A DNA stretch of 57,235 nt, the filler included, from Bipalium vagum (Eukaryota), in NCBI GenBank assembly GCA_037834085.1. It is 3 parts of 3 records of this genome, joined end to end, with 100 filler letters (N's around TTAATTAATTAA, not from the genome) between each part and the next. Parts side by side here need not be neighbours in the genome. Positions count along the whole stretch, not along the records: positions 1 to 18,477 come from JBBMKC010027942.1; positions 18,578 to 40,802 come from JBBMKC010225332.1; 1 more part is not named here. One strand, given 5' to 3'. Positions 13,934 through 28,700 of this stretch are shown here, piece by piece. Below the pieces are notes generated by a model. That model was given only the letters and a program-made list of their open reading frames with translations, had not been told where the DNA came from and did not search any database. The translations under genes and the position numbers were made by a program. Numbering within the stretch: the first letter of the stretch is position 1; each line of letters begins with the position of its first letter.

Positions 13934-15538
13934 ATGAGTATTCCGCGTAGTGATGTCCTGTCAAAGACACAGAATGATCAAGCATCATGGAAAAACAATC
14001 TTAATATCCCAGAAAAAGACAACCGTATTAAAACTGTTGATGTCACTGCAACACAAGGCAATTCATTTGATGACTTTTGCTTGAAACGAGATATTTTAAA
14101 AGGGATATATGAAAAAGGTTGGGAGATGCCTTCACCAATCCAGGAAGCTAGTATTCCTATATCTCTAATGGGTCGAGATATCCTGGCAAGAGCTAAAAAT
14201 GGGACTGGTAAAACTGGTGCTTACTCAATTCCTTTACTGGAAAAAATTGATCCAAGTATCAATCAAATTCAAGGTATAATTTTAGTTCCCACTCGGGAAC
14301 TAGCATTACAAACCAGTCAGATTTGTACTGAGCTCGCAAAGCACACCGAAACAAAAATAATGGTAACCACCGGTGGTACCAGCCTAAAAGATGATATTGT
14401 TCGGCTCCAACAAACAGTACACATAATTTTGGCCACTCCTGGTCGTGTCAATGATTTAATTAAAAGAGATATCGTGACGACAAATTTTTGTAAAATACTT
14501 GTGATTGATGAAGCAGATAAATTACTGTCGATTGACTTTGAAGAGGTCATCGATTTTATCATTAGCAAGTTACCACAACAGCGACAGATAATGCTGTATT
14601 CTGCTACCTTTCCACAGTCCGTTCAGCAGTTCCTTGAAAAATATATGCGTGACCCTTACGAAATAAACCTGATGGACGAGCTGACATTAAAGGGAATCTC
14701 TCAGTACTACGCCTACGTACAAGAACGTCAGAAGGTCCATTGTCTGAATACATTATTCTCACGACTTCAGATAAACCAATCGATCATATTCTGCAACACT
14801 GCTCAGCGCGTGGAGTTGCTGGCCAAGAAGATAACGGATTTAGGATACTCATGCTACTATATTCACGCCAAAATGAAGCAGGTCTACCGAAATCGGGTGT
14901 TTCACGAATTCCGCAATGGTAACTGCCGCAATTTGGTGTGCACGGACCTGTTTACAAGAGGAATAGACATTCCGTCAGTGAACGTCGTCATTAATTTTGA
15001 CTTTCCAAAATATGCCGAGACGTACTTGCACCGGATTGGTCGATCGGGTCGTTACGGTCACTTGGGAGTGGCCGTCAATCTGATTACATATGACGATCGA
15101 TTTGCACTGAAGAATATCGAAACTCAATTGAACACAGAGATCAAGGCCATCCCGAAACATATCGACAGGAGGCTGTACGTAGCGGAATATCAAAACGAAA
15201 ACGCTCTTGATGCCCGAACCCGAGATGTCCTGGCCCGAGGCGAGGGTCACCTGTTGGACAATTCCGATGACAGCGCTGCTGGAAGTACCGTTCCAGGACA
15301 GCCTCATTCCAAGACTGGCACTGATGGCGAAAAAGTCAGCAGTGTGGTTCACGTTCCGTCGGCCTTGACGACAGCTATGACAACGGTAACAAACGCTGGT
15401 GCTAAATCAAATGCTTCTCCACAAAGTGCATCAAAGCCGGCCTCACTGTCAACAAATGCCACCAGCCCGTCTTCAACTCGGAACGATTTCGATACTTATT
15501 ATTCTCACAGACACCCGCAGCAAAATGTTCGACATTAA
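13934..15538 (+). CDS. DDX6: DEAD-box RNA helicase DDX6/Me31B/Dhh1, 534 aa from the first ATG, uninterrupted CDS
   Basis: Q motif [84 protein letters not shown] possible acceptor (ttttag, 13910) may indicate an upstream exon. Confidence 0.97.
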   Translation: MSIPRSDVLSKTQNDQASWKNNLNIPEKDNRIKTVDVTATQGNSFDDFCLKRDILKGIYEKGWEMPSPIQEASIPISLMGRDILARAKNGTGKTGAYSIPLLEKIDPSINQIQGIILVPTRELALQTSQICTELAKHTETKIMVTTGGTSLKDDIVRLQQTVHIILATPGRVNDLIKRDIVTTNFCKILVIDEADKLLSIDFEEVIDFIISKLPQQRQIMLYSATFPQSVQQFLEKYMRDPYEINLMDELTLKGISQYYAYVQERQKVHCLNTLFSRLQINQSIIFCNTAQRVELLAKKITDLGYSCYYIHAKMKQVYRNRVFHEFRNGNCRNLVCTDLFTRGIDIPSVNVVINFDFPKYAETYLHRIGRSGRYGHLGVAVNLITYDDRFALKNIETQLNTEIKAIPKHIDRRLYVAEYQNENALDARTRDVLARGEGHLLDNSDDSAAGSTVPGQPHSKTGTDGEKVSSVVHVPSALTTAMTTVTNAGAKSNASPQSASKPASLSTNATSPSSTRNDFDTYYSHRHPQQNVRH

Positions 15539-17427
15539 ACGACGGTGCGCTCTGCGTACAGAAACTATTCATTAATTGTCACCATTATCTCGTTGTTTTT
15601 GTCATCGAAATTGTCATCATCATTGTCACACAAACACTAAACCAAAACGGTCATGAAAGAGCTAGTCGTTTGAAAGGTCCCCATTGTTCTTTTCTATTCA
15701 GTCAGATTGAATTTCGCTATTATTGATTATATTATAAATATATTTTTTCTTTTCCCTGTACCAATATCATCATTTTCCCCACGCGACTAAATTTTTGGCT
15801 GAGCACGTGCCCCTAAAATTCATTTATTGATTAAATCAACTATATTTGTTTAACACTGCCAATTTTAATTTTTGAGAACCATTTTATTAGTTTCTATGGA
15901 TACGGTTATCATCGATATATTGATTTCTTGTTTCGAGTTTGGATTGGTGGTATATTTTAAAAATTATTTTTATGTTGTACATTAAACTTTGTACATCATA
16001 CACATCAATTTTGTTGATTTTTAGTGGAGAACATAGAGACACATAAACAGTACTCATTACAAAGTTTGATGTGTTTTTGAAAATTATTGATTTAAAAATG
16101 GGAAAATCGGTTTATCTTACAAAATTTTGGTTCGGGAGGGTGGGAGGTTTCTTTGTAATTATGTTGAGATTGGATCAAGAGCATGCTTGCAACTTGTAAA
16201 CGGTTATTGATCGATAATCTCATAGAAATGATTTTTGACCTGCTTGCATTTTGAGTCCGGTAAAAATTTGAATGGTGAATTGTCGCAGGTTACTTGAGAA
16301 TGTGTGAACGATTTTTTGGTATCTGTCAAGTGATTTGAGGGTTTTTGAAAGGAGAGGAAAGGTTGTTACTTAGGCACTGAATTATTGATTTTCTGATAGA
16401 TCAAATTTTTCAAAAGTTTCAAATTAAATGTATGGAATTTTTAAAACAATAAATATCTGGATATTGGGCTTTAAAATTTTATCAAAGTATACATTTTATC
16501 GATTAAAAATGTTATTTTATTACTTTTAACAATTGATTTTTAAAAAATAATTTATCAAGATAATTTAAGTTTTCATGTAACATCTAATGTTTTTTGAAGA
16601 TACAAAATTCATTATTTACATTTCGTATGTTTCATTGATTTTTAATTTTTTAAAATAATATAACATTTTATTTAAGTAATGAATTACTTAGTAAAATAAA
16701 TGTTATTAGTAATGATGTCTTCTATGCAGTATTACTTTTCAATTTTGATAATGGAAACTTTAATGTTGGAAAATTTTTTAAAACAACTATTCTAAAAGCT
16801 CAGACTTGTTATATTTAATTAAAGTTATTGAATTTAGATTGATATTTCAGATTTCTTAAAGTAGTTGGTAGTTCAAACACCTTTCTGTTACCATTTTTAA
16901 TTTTGACTATATACGTATTTTTAGAGCTGTTGGTTATTTATTCTTGGTTAAAGTTTATCAAATCAGACTTTGTTCTTTTTCGCATTACTAGTAATTAAAA
17001 ATTTCAATGTTATTATTTTTTCATTAAATATTTAACGAATAATTTAATGTTCATTTGTTGTATTATCTAAATTATAAAATAGCTTATGAAAATTGAATCT
17101 TATTACTTATATTTTTCTCTTTCAATAGAGCCTCCTATTTCTAGGAAATTAAAGTGACCAAATTCCAAAAAACAACCAATAATTGATTAATAAAAGTTGA
17201 AATTCTGCTAAAAATGTTAAAATTTTAATATTATTTTTAATTTTCAAATTTTTTTTGCTTTAAATTAATGATTTTAAAAAACTGATAAATATGATATTGT
17301 TAATATTATAACAAGTAGTGCCTGAACTTTTTCATCATAAACACTATCACCAATAGTTTCATTTCGATTGTCGCAAAATTAGTTCTTGCTTTTCCAAGCC
17401 TCTAAATTTTGCGTTCGTTTTACTATT

Positions 17428-18400
17428 GTAGCTGCACAAATTAAAAGTCCATTTGAATCAAAACCCCACAAAACTTTATCCGCAGCCTAATTGAATCAAA
17501 ACCAATCACAATAAAACTTTATTAAATTACTAAACAATTCACACTTAAATTCAAGTCTGTCAAATAATCACGAACCCACTAATCAATGTTAATAAAATAA
17601 ATAGTCAACTTTCTTGATATCAAATGAATGAAAAAGTTAACAAATAATAAAATCGATTTATGAATTATAGTCAGGATCATACAAGAAGAGAAAAATAACA
17701 AAAAGAAAACCGAAACAATTTCACCAGGAGCGGCAAGGGGTCCCGGGGTCGTCCGCTAGGTCCTTTTCAGGTCACCTAGGGAATCCCAAACTTGCTGGGT
17801 CTTCTTGATAAATACTTTTGCATTGTCCACGGAAGCATATCCACGGAAGAAAAATCTCACTGGAATATCAATTGAATTTTCTCCGAGAAATTTTCACAAA
17901 TATCTTTGAAAACTGAATAACTCTACTCACAAACGACCGAAGAATTAAAATGTTACTATTTTCTTCTATATGTAACTTTCAGCTCAAACTCCTCAGTTCG
18001 TTAATATCGTGTTCATTTGATTAAACTACTATAAAAATTTGTCCTCTGTTGAATCAAAATTATCCCAATAAAAATCTTATCTCAGTTTGCACAACAGTAA
18101 ATCAAAATAATCACAGAAAATTTTGTATTAAAGTTATAACAATTCACAATCAATAATCACAGGGATCACAATAATTTTTTAAAGTTCATGGAAAATACAC
18201 TAAATATATTCAAATATATCACTCGAATATCAACAAGATCAAATGTCGAAACGTTAATCAAATGTTAAAATAATAAAATAAAAATAAAATATTTGTTAAA
18301 TAATTGTGGGGACTCCCAGGCACAGGCAAAAGGTCATCGACTTCTAAGCAAAGGGTCAGCAGAGAAGAAGGACAATGATAACAATATTAATTTAATGATC
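17428..18400 (-). mobile_element. LTR-like segment with a GC-rich structured motif
   Basis: Shares a ~60-nt GC-rich motif (17722-17812) with 35430-35492; TG start; minus-strand TATA-like box at ~17966-17971. Confidence 0.4.
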
Positions 18401-18477
18401 TGATCCAAATTGTGTGCATGCGAATTACATTTTTATTTATTTTTGTGTTTACAAATTTATGCATGTAAAATATTTTA

Positions 18478-18577
18478 NNNNNNNNNNNNNNNNNNNNNNN
18501 NNNNNNNNNNNNNNNNNNNNNTTAATTAATTAANNNNNNNNNNNNNNNNNNNNNNNNNNNNNNNNNNNNNNNNNNNN
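18478..18577. other. Artificial assembly linker N44-TTAATTAATTAA-N44
   Basis: Exactly 100 nt, identical to 40803-40902; the 12-mer gives stop codons in all six frames. Confidence 0.95.
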
Positions 18578-18619
18578 CCCCCCGAATAAAAAAAATTAAG
18601 TAAGTAGAAAATAATAATA

Positions 18620-19300
18620 AATTAATAATCTATTGCTTGTGTAGTCGCATGTGTTTTTGGGTCTACAATATATAATGGATTTTTTCAATATCATCATCAA
18701 TTTTCTATTGATCATTTATAATAATTGTATCCCTCGGCATACAGTTTTAACTATTGATAGTAGAGTTTCTGGTTTTCTGTTTTCAACTACCTCTATGTAT
18801 ATTTTTGATAGTTTATGACTGTTAGCTGCAATTCCAAATACCCTGATTCCGTGTTCAGTTGCAAGGTCTGGATGATATTTAATATTTATCCCTAAATAAA
18901 CTTTCATCAATTTGGCATATAATTTCTAGACCAACTAATTTACAATGATTTATTATGTAATAATTATTACAACATTTTCTTACGTTATCATATAAGTCAA
19001 TCAAAAATTTTTATCAGCATCAACTTCTTTCTTTATGTCAGTTTCTTTTTCATCTATTGACCATTTCAATAGTAACTTCAAATTAATACATAAGTGAAAT
19101 CTATATTTTTCGAAAATATAACCTGTCCATATGCTAATATATTTCTTATAATTGGCTTGGCACAGAATTTACATGGTAAACATTGTTTTAAAACACCTTT
19201 GGAAAAAGGTAATTAACAATTACATCGGTTGTACCAGTACAGATTGGTTCGATATTTTTCTGATGAAATAAAATTCTCTTTATTTTTTCCCCGCGGCGTA
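18620..19300 (-). mobile_element. Merlin / IS1016(ISXO2)-like transposase remnant
   Basis: LVGLEIICQIDES, RVFGI...KIYIEVVENRKPETLLSIV, VDPKTHATTQAID; frameshifted. Confidence 0.75.
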
Positions 19301-19709
19301 ATAACTTGATTATTCATATCATTGGTATTTGAGTGTGTAAACAGACATTGTATTGTGGTAAAAATACATTGGTTTTAATGATCTTTGTTGATTACACCAA
19401 CTATTGGTGAAGGGACTTAGATTGTAACTTTCGATTATTTAACACTTAGAAATTATTATTATGTACAGATTTCTGGATTTTAATAAGAAGTATTTTTATT
19501 ATAATTGTCAATTTAAGTTAAAATAAACTAGATTCTGGTTATATTATAATAAGTAACTTATACCTTTGAATTTGAAAATAATATATTAAAAATTTTATCA
19601 AAACATTAAAAATAAAAATAAGTTTAAGGTCAAAACTTAAGATTATATTTCACAATGAAATAAAGTTTATCAAACAGTCAACAAGTTAGCTCTATTAGAA
19701 AGACAAATT

Positions 19710-22700
19710 TTACACTTGTAATAACAGTGCCACACCTCCAAGAACCCATCTGGCTGGCTTTTCCTTAGTTTTCAAATTAAATGTCCAGACAAAAGTTGGA
19801 CCTCTTTCCTTAGTTTTATAGACAGGACAGGCATAAACGTTTCTTAAATCTTGACGATCAACTGGAATGGCTTTTATGAAAATAACTGGCATTGATGGAC
19901 TCAGTTCTTTTAATCGAGCCTCTGCTATCATACCAGTTTGAGTATCCCATCTAGCTCCTTCCATAAAAAGACCATGTACATAAGCACCGTCTCTTGGAGG
20001 ACCTCCCATGTCTTCTTTGTTCTTTTTGGTTACATCACACTGCAAAGCCATTCTATCCAAAGGCCATTCATTTTTCCTAGCCATTTGCTGCATTATGGCA
20101 GTGAGGAAAGATTGTGGATTGAATAAGCCTCCTAACCAAATAACACTTGGTAATTGGAAATCAGTGGTCCATATCTCGAGATCTTTGATACGTGTCAACA
20201 AATCAGCATACCACACCGTTAAACCATATAGACTTGGATATGCTCTCTTACTCCATGATTCAGGTATTGTGTCCATGAAAAGAGAGTTGGACAATGCTTC
20301 CATGTCAGATGTAATAGTCAGTTCACCTTTCAAACCGAGATTTAATTCTTTCAAAGAGCGTCGGATTTCTGATGTTAGAATATTCATTCGTTCGCATTCC
20401 TGGAATGCAACTACTACATAAGGGTTCCTTTCTTCAGGTGGCACTTTGGCTTGTATTTCTACCATGTTGAAATCGTCTGGCAATTTTTCAGTGATATCAT
20501 CTAAGATTTGTTTGATCTTTTCTTCCCGACTAACGCCTGAGGACGAAGCTCCTGAAGAGTCTCGAGGCTGCATTTCGAAAACCGTTCTAAACAGTTTATC
20601 ACTCCTGGTTGTAAGGAATTCTATCTCAGCATTTGGATGTAAGCCGTAAAGATTGGGACTTTCTGCTGGTAAGCATTCGTCAATATAAGAATGATAACCT
20701 TTATAATCAGTATTGGGAGGAACTTTGAAACCAGGCGCCATATAAAGTTCACCATCGAGCATTTCGGTTTGTAGATATTCTTCCAAATATGTCTTACACA
20801 GTTTTCTGTCCCAGTCATCTGTGATGTGACCACCGTACATGATTTCTCCGAACAAATAACGCAAATCTTCCCATGGCACTTTACTGTTTGCTTCCAAATA
20901 ATTATACAGAACATTAACACTGATTGCAAGATCACCGGTATTGAAGGGATATGATCGATTCCAACCCTGAGGTCCAAATTTTCGTCTCTCAGATACAACG
21001 GCATGGAAATAGCACAAAGCAAAGAGAATGGTTTTGAATTCATTTTCTTTGGCGCACATTTCCATGGTTTCTTGATTGAAATTATTGAGAGCTTTGTGTA
21101 GATTTGCCAGCATTCCTGTTGGTGGTTCGTTGGTAATTTTGATGGCATTTTCCAAAATACCTTGTGGTATTATATGAGATTCTGGAGAACCAGATGGTTC
21201 GGCACTGATAAACACTCGATAGCTTTCGTGACTTTCTTCAGCGTACTCTTCGAGCTTCTTTTCTAGACTACTTAACCATTTTGAGACCAAGTGAATGTTT
21301 TGTAAGACAACCCAGTGGCCTTCTTTCGCTCCCAAATCCATTGCAGCTTCGGCAACAATTTCTTGACCCTGTCCCAGAGAGATGTTCTTAAAATTTTTAT
21401 GGTCACCTGAGAATCCCAATTTCTTTCCTAATGCTTCAACGTCTTTTAATGGATCGACTCCAGGAGACAGAATGAAAAAGATGGGTGTTGCTGGACCTGA
21501 TTCTTCAAACGACTGAGAGAATTCAACTCCTCCTCCTTCAACATATTTGTGTCCGAGTTTTTCATCTACAAAATCCGCAACAGCATATGTCATACGATCG
21601 GGTCTCAAAGCTCTCATCATACAGAGCCGCTGTAAGGTAGTTTTATTTTTCCATTCTTGGGGAAACTTTTCCTTTTCTGGTGTTTCACTTTCCACGAATT
21701 TCTTCCACCTTTTAGCTGATCCTTCAATGTCACGATCCAAATTTTTAAATTCGTCCAATGCAGACAATGCTTTGATACCACCCCAGCTGTTATTGGACAA
21801 GAAGTCTACAGGTGAAGTTAAATTAGGAATGATTGGAAATCTCAATAGGAAGTCCAGTTCAAAAGCATTTATTTCTTTAGTGCCCAATAAAATTTGAAAT
21901 GACATTTGCGCTGTGAAAATCAATTTGTCCTTTTCAAACAACCCTCTTGAAGTATAGAGATACACGGAATATGTGATACTATTGATTAAGTTTTCAACTC
22001 TACCTTTCAGTTCTTCACTTGGCTCAGCTTTGTCAATGGCCTTTTCGAAAACGACTCTGAACGCTTTGAGCGAAAATTGATACATGGGATTAATTTTGTT
22101 TAGATCATTTAAAATAAAATATAACAGTGATGCTCGAGCAGCCGCAGGTCGATACAGCTCTCTTGTCTCATTTATTGTTACTTCAGTTATCTTGGCCTGT
22201 TCTACTTTCTCTTCAATTTCGATGGCAGTACGCTTGTTGTTTTCAAGATTTTCTACCAGTGCATAATCGCCCAAGAAGTTGCCTTCGGCAGCAGAAAGTC
22301 TGTGAAGAAGAGAATCTTCCAGTTCTTTCAGAGTGATTTTAAACTGATTTTGCTGTTTTGTTAAATCCAATTTCAAAGTTTCCAGATCTGATCGTTCTTT
22401 GTTGACAACGTTCGCCAAAAGTTGGTCTTCCAATCCATCTCGAGTAACCGTAAAATTGATTATTGTTGTCTGAGCTTGCATTTCTGGTTTGTAGTGTGGG
22501 TTGGCTAATTTTGTTTGTAGAATCAATTTGAAATCTTGGTTATATTCGCATTCTTTGTCTCCTAATTTGATGGCTCTTCCTTTTTTAATTGTGTTTCGGC
22601 CTAAGAGATGATCCAAAACAGGATCCATAGTTTCTTCAATGTTTTCGATCAAAACAACATCTCCAGCCGAAACAGCTTGCTCAATGGTATCCAAATATCC

Positions 22701-25700
22701 TTTCTGTCCTAATCTTACAATTTTCAAGTCTGATCCATATCGGGTCTTAATCCATTTGATTCCTTGCAATTGAGGATCGATAATCAAGGGCCAACGCTCT
22801 GCATTTGTCAGAATGGTGGCATTTTCAATTGACATTCTATCGCTTGGCAATCCTTCGTTGTTCCATGATGCTATAATGGCGTCATCAATGAGCATTTTAA
22901 GCGGATCTAAATTGCTGGTTATAGGTATTGGTGGATTCAGGTTTGTTAAATATGGTAGCCAAAATGTTTCCATCAAAGAAACTCTGTACGGTTTCGTAAA
23001 GCATCCAACATATGACAAGAAAGCCACTGTGATGAGTACATCACCTGGTAATGTTTTTTCTTCCTCTTTGTACTGTTCTACTTGTTTGGCCCAACGGACA
23101 TTTTCACTGGCCAGGCCTCCCACTAATCTGTTCGCCAATTCAATGGTCTTATATGTCAAATCGGCTTCATCTTGACATTTTTGTTTGTCGCTACGGGCTT
23201 TCTCAAATTCATCTTGAAGCTTCTGAAGCTGATCTTCCAATTGCTTGATTTTGCCTTGAATACCAGCAAGTTTTTCTGTCGCCTCTCTCAACTCTTCGTT
23301 AGCTGCTTCCAATGCATCTCTTTTCGGTTTGACATCACAAAATATTTCGTAATAAATAATAATATTAATGACCCATGAACACAATCCAGCAGCTGCAAGA
23401 GACTTGCTTTTTATTTCTTCAGGATTAAAATTGGGATCTTTAGTATATTCCTTTGCAGCCTTTAAGGAAGCCTCAGGAATTTGGTCTTTGTTGTAGTTAA
23501 TCAAATTATCCAAAAACGCGTCCACTTTACTCATTATGGACCCTTTTGCAGCTTTCCATGATCTATCCTTTGGAAGTTTTCCATTTGGTGCCATTAAACA
23601 CATGACGGCTGCTGAAACATCGACAACTGCAGCTGGTGGTGTTCCAAAAGATTTCATTTCTGTCAGATTATTCTTGTTTAATGTATTCAAAGCCGCTTGG
23701 GCTGCTTGAAGTGCCGGTTCGGCTTTCAATAAATCTTGTTCACAGTCCCTCTGTTTCTTTGAGACTTCAGCTTTGATTTTCGAAACTTTTTCCTCTTCAA
23801 CATCGGCAATACTTTTCTCTGCTGTTACCTTTTTCGTTTCTGCACCGACTATTTCCAAAAGTTTATTAGCATCGGCATTCTTTTGTTCCAGTTCAACCTC
23901 TTGAGCAGCTAATTTGGCTTTGAGATCATCGACCTGTTGAGCTGTACTTTCTAATTTCTGCAGACCATTTTCCAGACGATTCATTTTTCCCTGTAGTTCA
24001 GTATGCTTCTTTTTCAACATGTTACTATAAAGTGCAATTTGTTCCAAAAATGATTTCGGTGTCGTATAATTGTAACGACGCTCGTTCTGTAAATATGAAA
24101 CACTAACTTTGTTCACAGTTTTGTGAACAAAAGACATAAATTTCGAAGTTGACCCCTTATACTCTTCGGGTAGCAGTTCAATTTCTTGCAAAAATCGATG
24201 AGATACAGATATCAAAGCATCTTCTGGCCATTCGTGGAACCAATCGATTGAGGTACAATTAACGACTGCTGGGAACTTTCTAGATCTCACTCTTAATGTA
24301 GAACCTACAGGAGAAAAGCAGAGAATTACTCGCAAAGTCGATCGAACTTTATTGATGAAAAACGACCAACAGTTTTCTCTACTGTCAATAAGTCCAGTGC
24401 TTTTCACTTCACTTCTCATACTACCGATAATGTTTTCCATTTCGTCATCAGGAAACAAGTCCAATATTTCACCGGATGCCAATAAATCGTTAACGAGGAC
24501 GAGAAATTTTTCATCGGCTATTTGAGCATCCGTCAGCAAGAACACGACTCCAATGTTCTTAACACCAGCTTTCAAATACAATGCTGCCAAATCGGCTTTC
24601 AAATCATTGATACTATAACCTTTACGCAAAGTAATTTGGAAAACATCCAATGAACTGATAAATGCAGCCAAGCGGGACAGAGACTGTTTTCCACTGCCAC
24701 CGACACCGACCAGTAGGGCATAACCACGAGGTGATTCTAAAATCCGACTAATACGCAAAATATGGGCCACAGCATCTTCAAAAAGTACAAGATTCATTGC
24801 TGCATTGACTTCATTGTAACTTTCTAAAGCCTCTTTTAAAATTTTCAACAGGTCTTCCGATTTTTCGACCTGCATGTATTTTGGATCACCGATACCCTGA
24901 GTAAAATGACAAAACATATTTGGTTTTTTGAACAGAACCGCTTCATCCAAATCTTCAAAAGATTTTTTTGTGATTTCTTTTTGCAATTTTTGGAAAGTTT
25001 CAATGTCCTGATCGTCAATCAATTTGTCATTGTAAACCCGTTCCCCTTCGTGCATCCACAACCGAATGAGATCGGTCGGTTGTTTCAAAGATTCCGGACC
25101 GGCAAATAAGATTCCTTGGAAAATATTCGACAAATCTCTCAAATTGAAAATGTAATGGAATTTTATGGCTGTGGGAAGGAATGCACTATTGATTCTGTTG
25201 TGAAAAGTCAGTGCCAAATCCACCAAGTTTGGAACAATTTTTATTAAAGTCGGTGAGAAATTTGATGAGAGTTTTTCAGAGAGGATTGTTGAATAAATTG
25301 CTTTGAGTGCATCTTGACCTGGGAAACTGAGTGCAAATACACAAAAGTGTCTCTGGAAAAAAAACACAATTAATAAATTGAATGATTGATGATCAAGACA
25401 TGATTAGAAATCATTTTTCAAAGAGATTACCAACCTGTAGTCTGGGACTAATTGTGAAGCTTCCAGCCGTTGGGTTCATACATGCCATATATTGGGTATT
25501 ATGGATATCCTTCAAAGTCAGTTTGGCCCTATCGTACCAATGAGAATAATCAATATGCTGCCTGATGAGTGTATGGGGTTGAACTGTAAAGTATTTATCC
25601 ACCTGGTAAAAATGATCAATAAAATCAAAAGATCTTCCAAACTATCAATAGACACTCACCTCTGGCATGTTCATGTCATCAATAAAGTAAATCAATTTCT

Positions 25701-28700
25701 TTGAACCCACAGGACCATAATTGCGACCAGCCTTCTTTTCCAGAGGTTTTTCCAAAACTCTTTGCAACATTTCACTCGTTGTATAGAAATTGAAAGGTAC
25801 ATTGGCAACGGCATAATTATCACCGATACTGTTCAATTTGTCTTGCAACAAGACAGTTTTTCCTGTTCCAGCACCTCCGACCAACATCACAGGACGTCTC
25901 TTTTCAATAAGCAAATCCAAGAAGTAACGATATCTTGTCGTTTCAGAAGTTGGAACCAGAACAGCCTAAATCATTAAGAAACAGTTATAATTGTGAATTT
26001 TCTACACGTTTGGTGCATTAAAAAAAATCAATAAATCGAGATTGTACTTGTAAAGGTTGTTCAAGATCCATTTCAAATTTGGTCATTCTTTTGGTCCATG
26101 GTTCAAATTTCTTTGATTCAGAATCGATATAGTAATCGAAAACTGTTCCCTGAGCAGGGAACTTGATTGTTTTGAATTCAGTGACCCACCATTTAGTAAA
26201 TTCAACTCTGTGATCGACGAGCTGATCTTGGAACATACAGCTTCCAAATGCCCACACGGCACAAAAGACGAAATAAAGTTCATACCATTCTTTGGGACAG
26301 TCAGCTGGAGTGTTCTCTGGTACCAGTAGAACTTCGAGTAAATAGCACAACATTTGAATGTGAGAGATTTCAACTATTGGTGTTATTTTTTTAAAACGAC
26401 TTTTGAGAGCTTCCAAACATATCGGTACATATTTATCAAACAGAATTGTCAGATTTGCTTGTTCGGACTGTACTTCTCTGGTACTAATCCAACTGTTGAC
26501 AAATGGCTGCCAGCCGAGGTCCTGAATGTTTTATTATCAAATAGGAGTAATTTTCAAAGACAAAAATGAAAGTATACCTGGGGATTTATGTAAAGAATTC
26601 CAGCTCTTGAAACAGTGGCTGGAGTAGCGGTTTTCAGATGACTGATTTCAAAAAGCAATCTCATTGATGGTGTAAGCGGTATTCTTTCATTACTGGCCAA
26701 TGTAAGAACTTTGTTGTCATCCATGACGGTATTAAGAGATTCAATCCACATCGGATCAATATCCCCATCAAGAACAATCCATTTCGGCCCGTCAGATGTT
26801 AAATTGGCAAGATCACGCATGATCACAGAAAACAAACCGTCTTTCCATTCTCGAGTAGAAGGATTGATAATACCGAATAATTCATCATTGGTCACGGCTT
26901 TCGGATTGAGATCTACTGCCAAAGGTTTCTTTTTCAAATTAACATAGGTTTTGTTCAACGTTTTCCACACCATTGATTTTCCCGTTCCCGCGTTACCCAA
27001 TACAAATACCGAATGACGAACGGCAAAAAGCTCTTGCAATTGAACAACTTTCAAAATGAAGTTTTCTTCAGGTTGCAATTTCAGATCCAAGGTGGCTTGT
27101 CTAACGTGTTTTTCAAATTCCGGATCTCTCTTTCTCGGAACATCCAAAGCAGGGAAAAGATCCCCGATGAGTCCCATGAAAATTGGCGTATCGTCAGTGA
27201 CGATTTTAGGAATATTAAAATCTCTCAATGCTCTCATCAGTACTTGATCTTCTGGTCGATCAGGGTCACTTCTTTTTAGTGCTCCTGCTACTACCAGGAC
27301 AGATTTAATGGCTCTCAATCCCCAATCATAATGGTCTTGTTTCGACAATAATTCTTTACACAACTGATACAGAGTTATAAATTTCCTGGCCAAAATTCTG
27401 GCCTGTAGAAATCCTTCGGCAACCAACATAATTTCACAAATAAGTTCGAAATCTGGAACGACCATAGCACATGGTCTAAAGAGAGCTTTCAAATTCTCAG
27501 GCAATTCCGTTCTGCCAGCATACCCTGGATTCATGGTGATGAAAATACCAATAGCGGGATCTAATGAAATTTCTTCTCCCAGAAAATCAAATCGTTTTCG
27601 TTTGTTTTTTATTGCATCTTGAATACATTTGACTTGTACAGCTACAACACTCAATACTTCAACTGATATTCTGTTAAATTCATCGAAACATCCCCAGCTT
27701 CCTGATTGTGCTAAGCCTTTGTAAATATTACCAACGGATTTGTAGTCCATTTGTTCGGAACAATTGAACACATACACCATTATTCCAAGAGCCCTACCGA
27801 GATCTTTTGTAGTTTCGGTTTTGCCAGTTCCAGCGGGTCCGGCTGGCGCTCCACTCATTGTTAAATGAAGCGATTGTGTCAAAGTAATGTAACATCTATC
27901 TGTCAAAGGCGTGATAACCAATCTCGGAGTATTACCCAAATATTCATGTGCATATCGGAATTGAGCGTCGCAAATGTTAATGAAACAATCCTTGTCGGCC
28001 TCGCCCCATCTGTGTCTCAGCTGACAGAGCCATGTAAACGATTGAGAATTGTCTATCTTTTGTGCTATCAACTTTTGAACAACGTCTCGGTTGTGGACAT
28101 CAATGGTACAGATTGTCATAACTTTTTGTCTGTCATCCTTCGACAATTCGCCAATCAACAACGTAATCAATGCATTGAGCTGAGTGATTTGCTTTTTGTT
28201 GAAGTCTTTGAGAGCATTTTCATAGCCTTCTTCAAGACGAGCAAATGCCAAATTAACTTCAGTGCCCCAAGAAATTTGTGATGAGGTCAGAGCAACTTGT
28301 GCCGGACATTCGAAAATCCACTGATCACGAGATTTTTCTTCCGCTGCACTGACGGATTCAGCAAGCACTGTTCTCATGGTGTTACGCATTTCATCCAGTA
28401 ATCTGTTCAACCATATTTCCACTTGTCCATTTAGGTCGCACTGGTTGGTCAAATTGACCATTTCATCATCCTTAGCATACATTGCCGAGGCCATTTTCGT
28501 ATTTTCCACTCCGTTTTCCTTGACAAATTTCAGTCGTGCTAAGCTGTCAAAAAGTTTCGTTAAATGTTTCATGACAATTTCCGGAGAGTTTCCATTCGAC
28601 AAAATATCCAACAGATCCGCTGAGGAGACAAAATAAAATCGTGGAAAAGCCAAACGTTTGGTTTCTAAATATTCTGCAAGTGCCTTTTCACATAACACCA

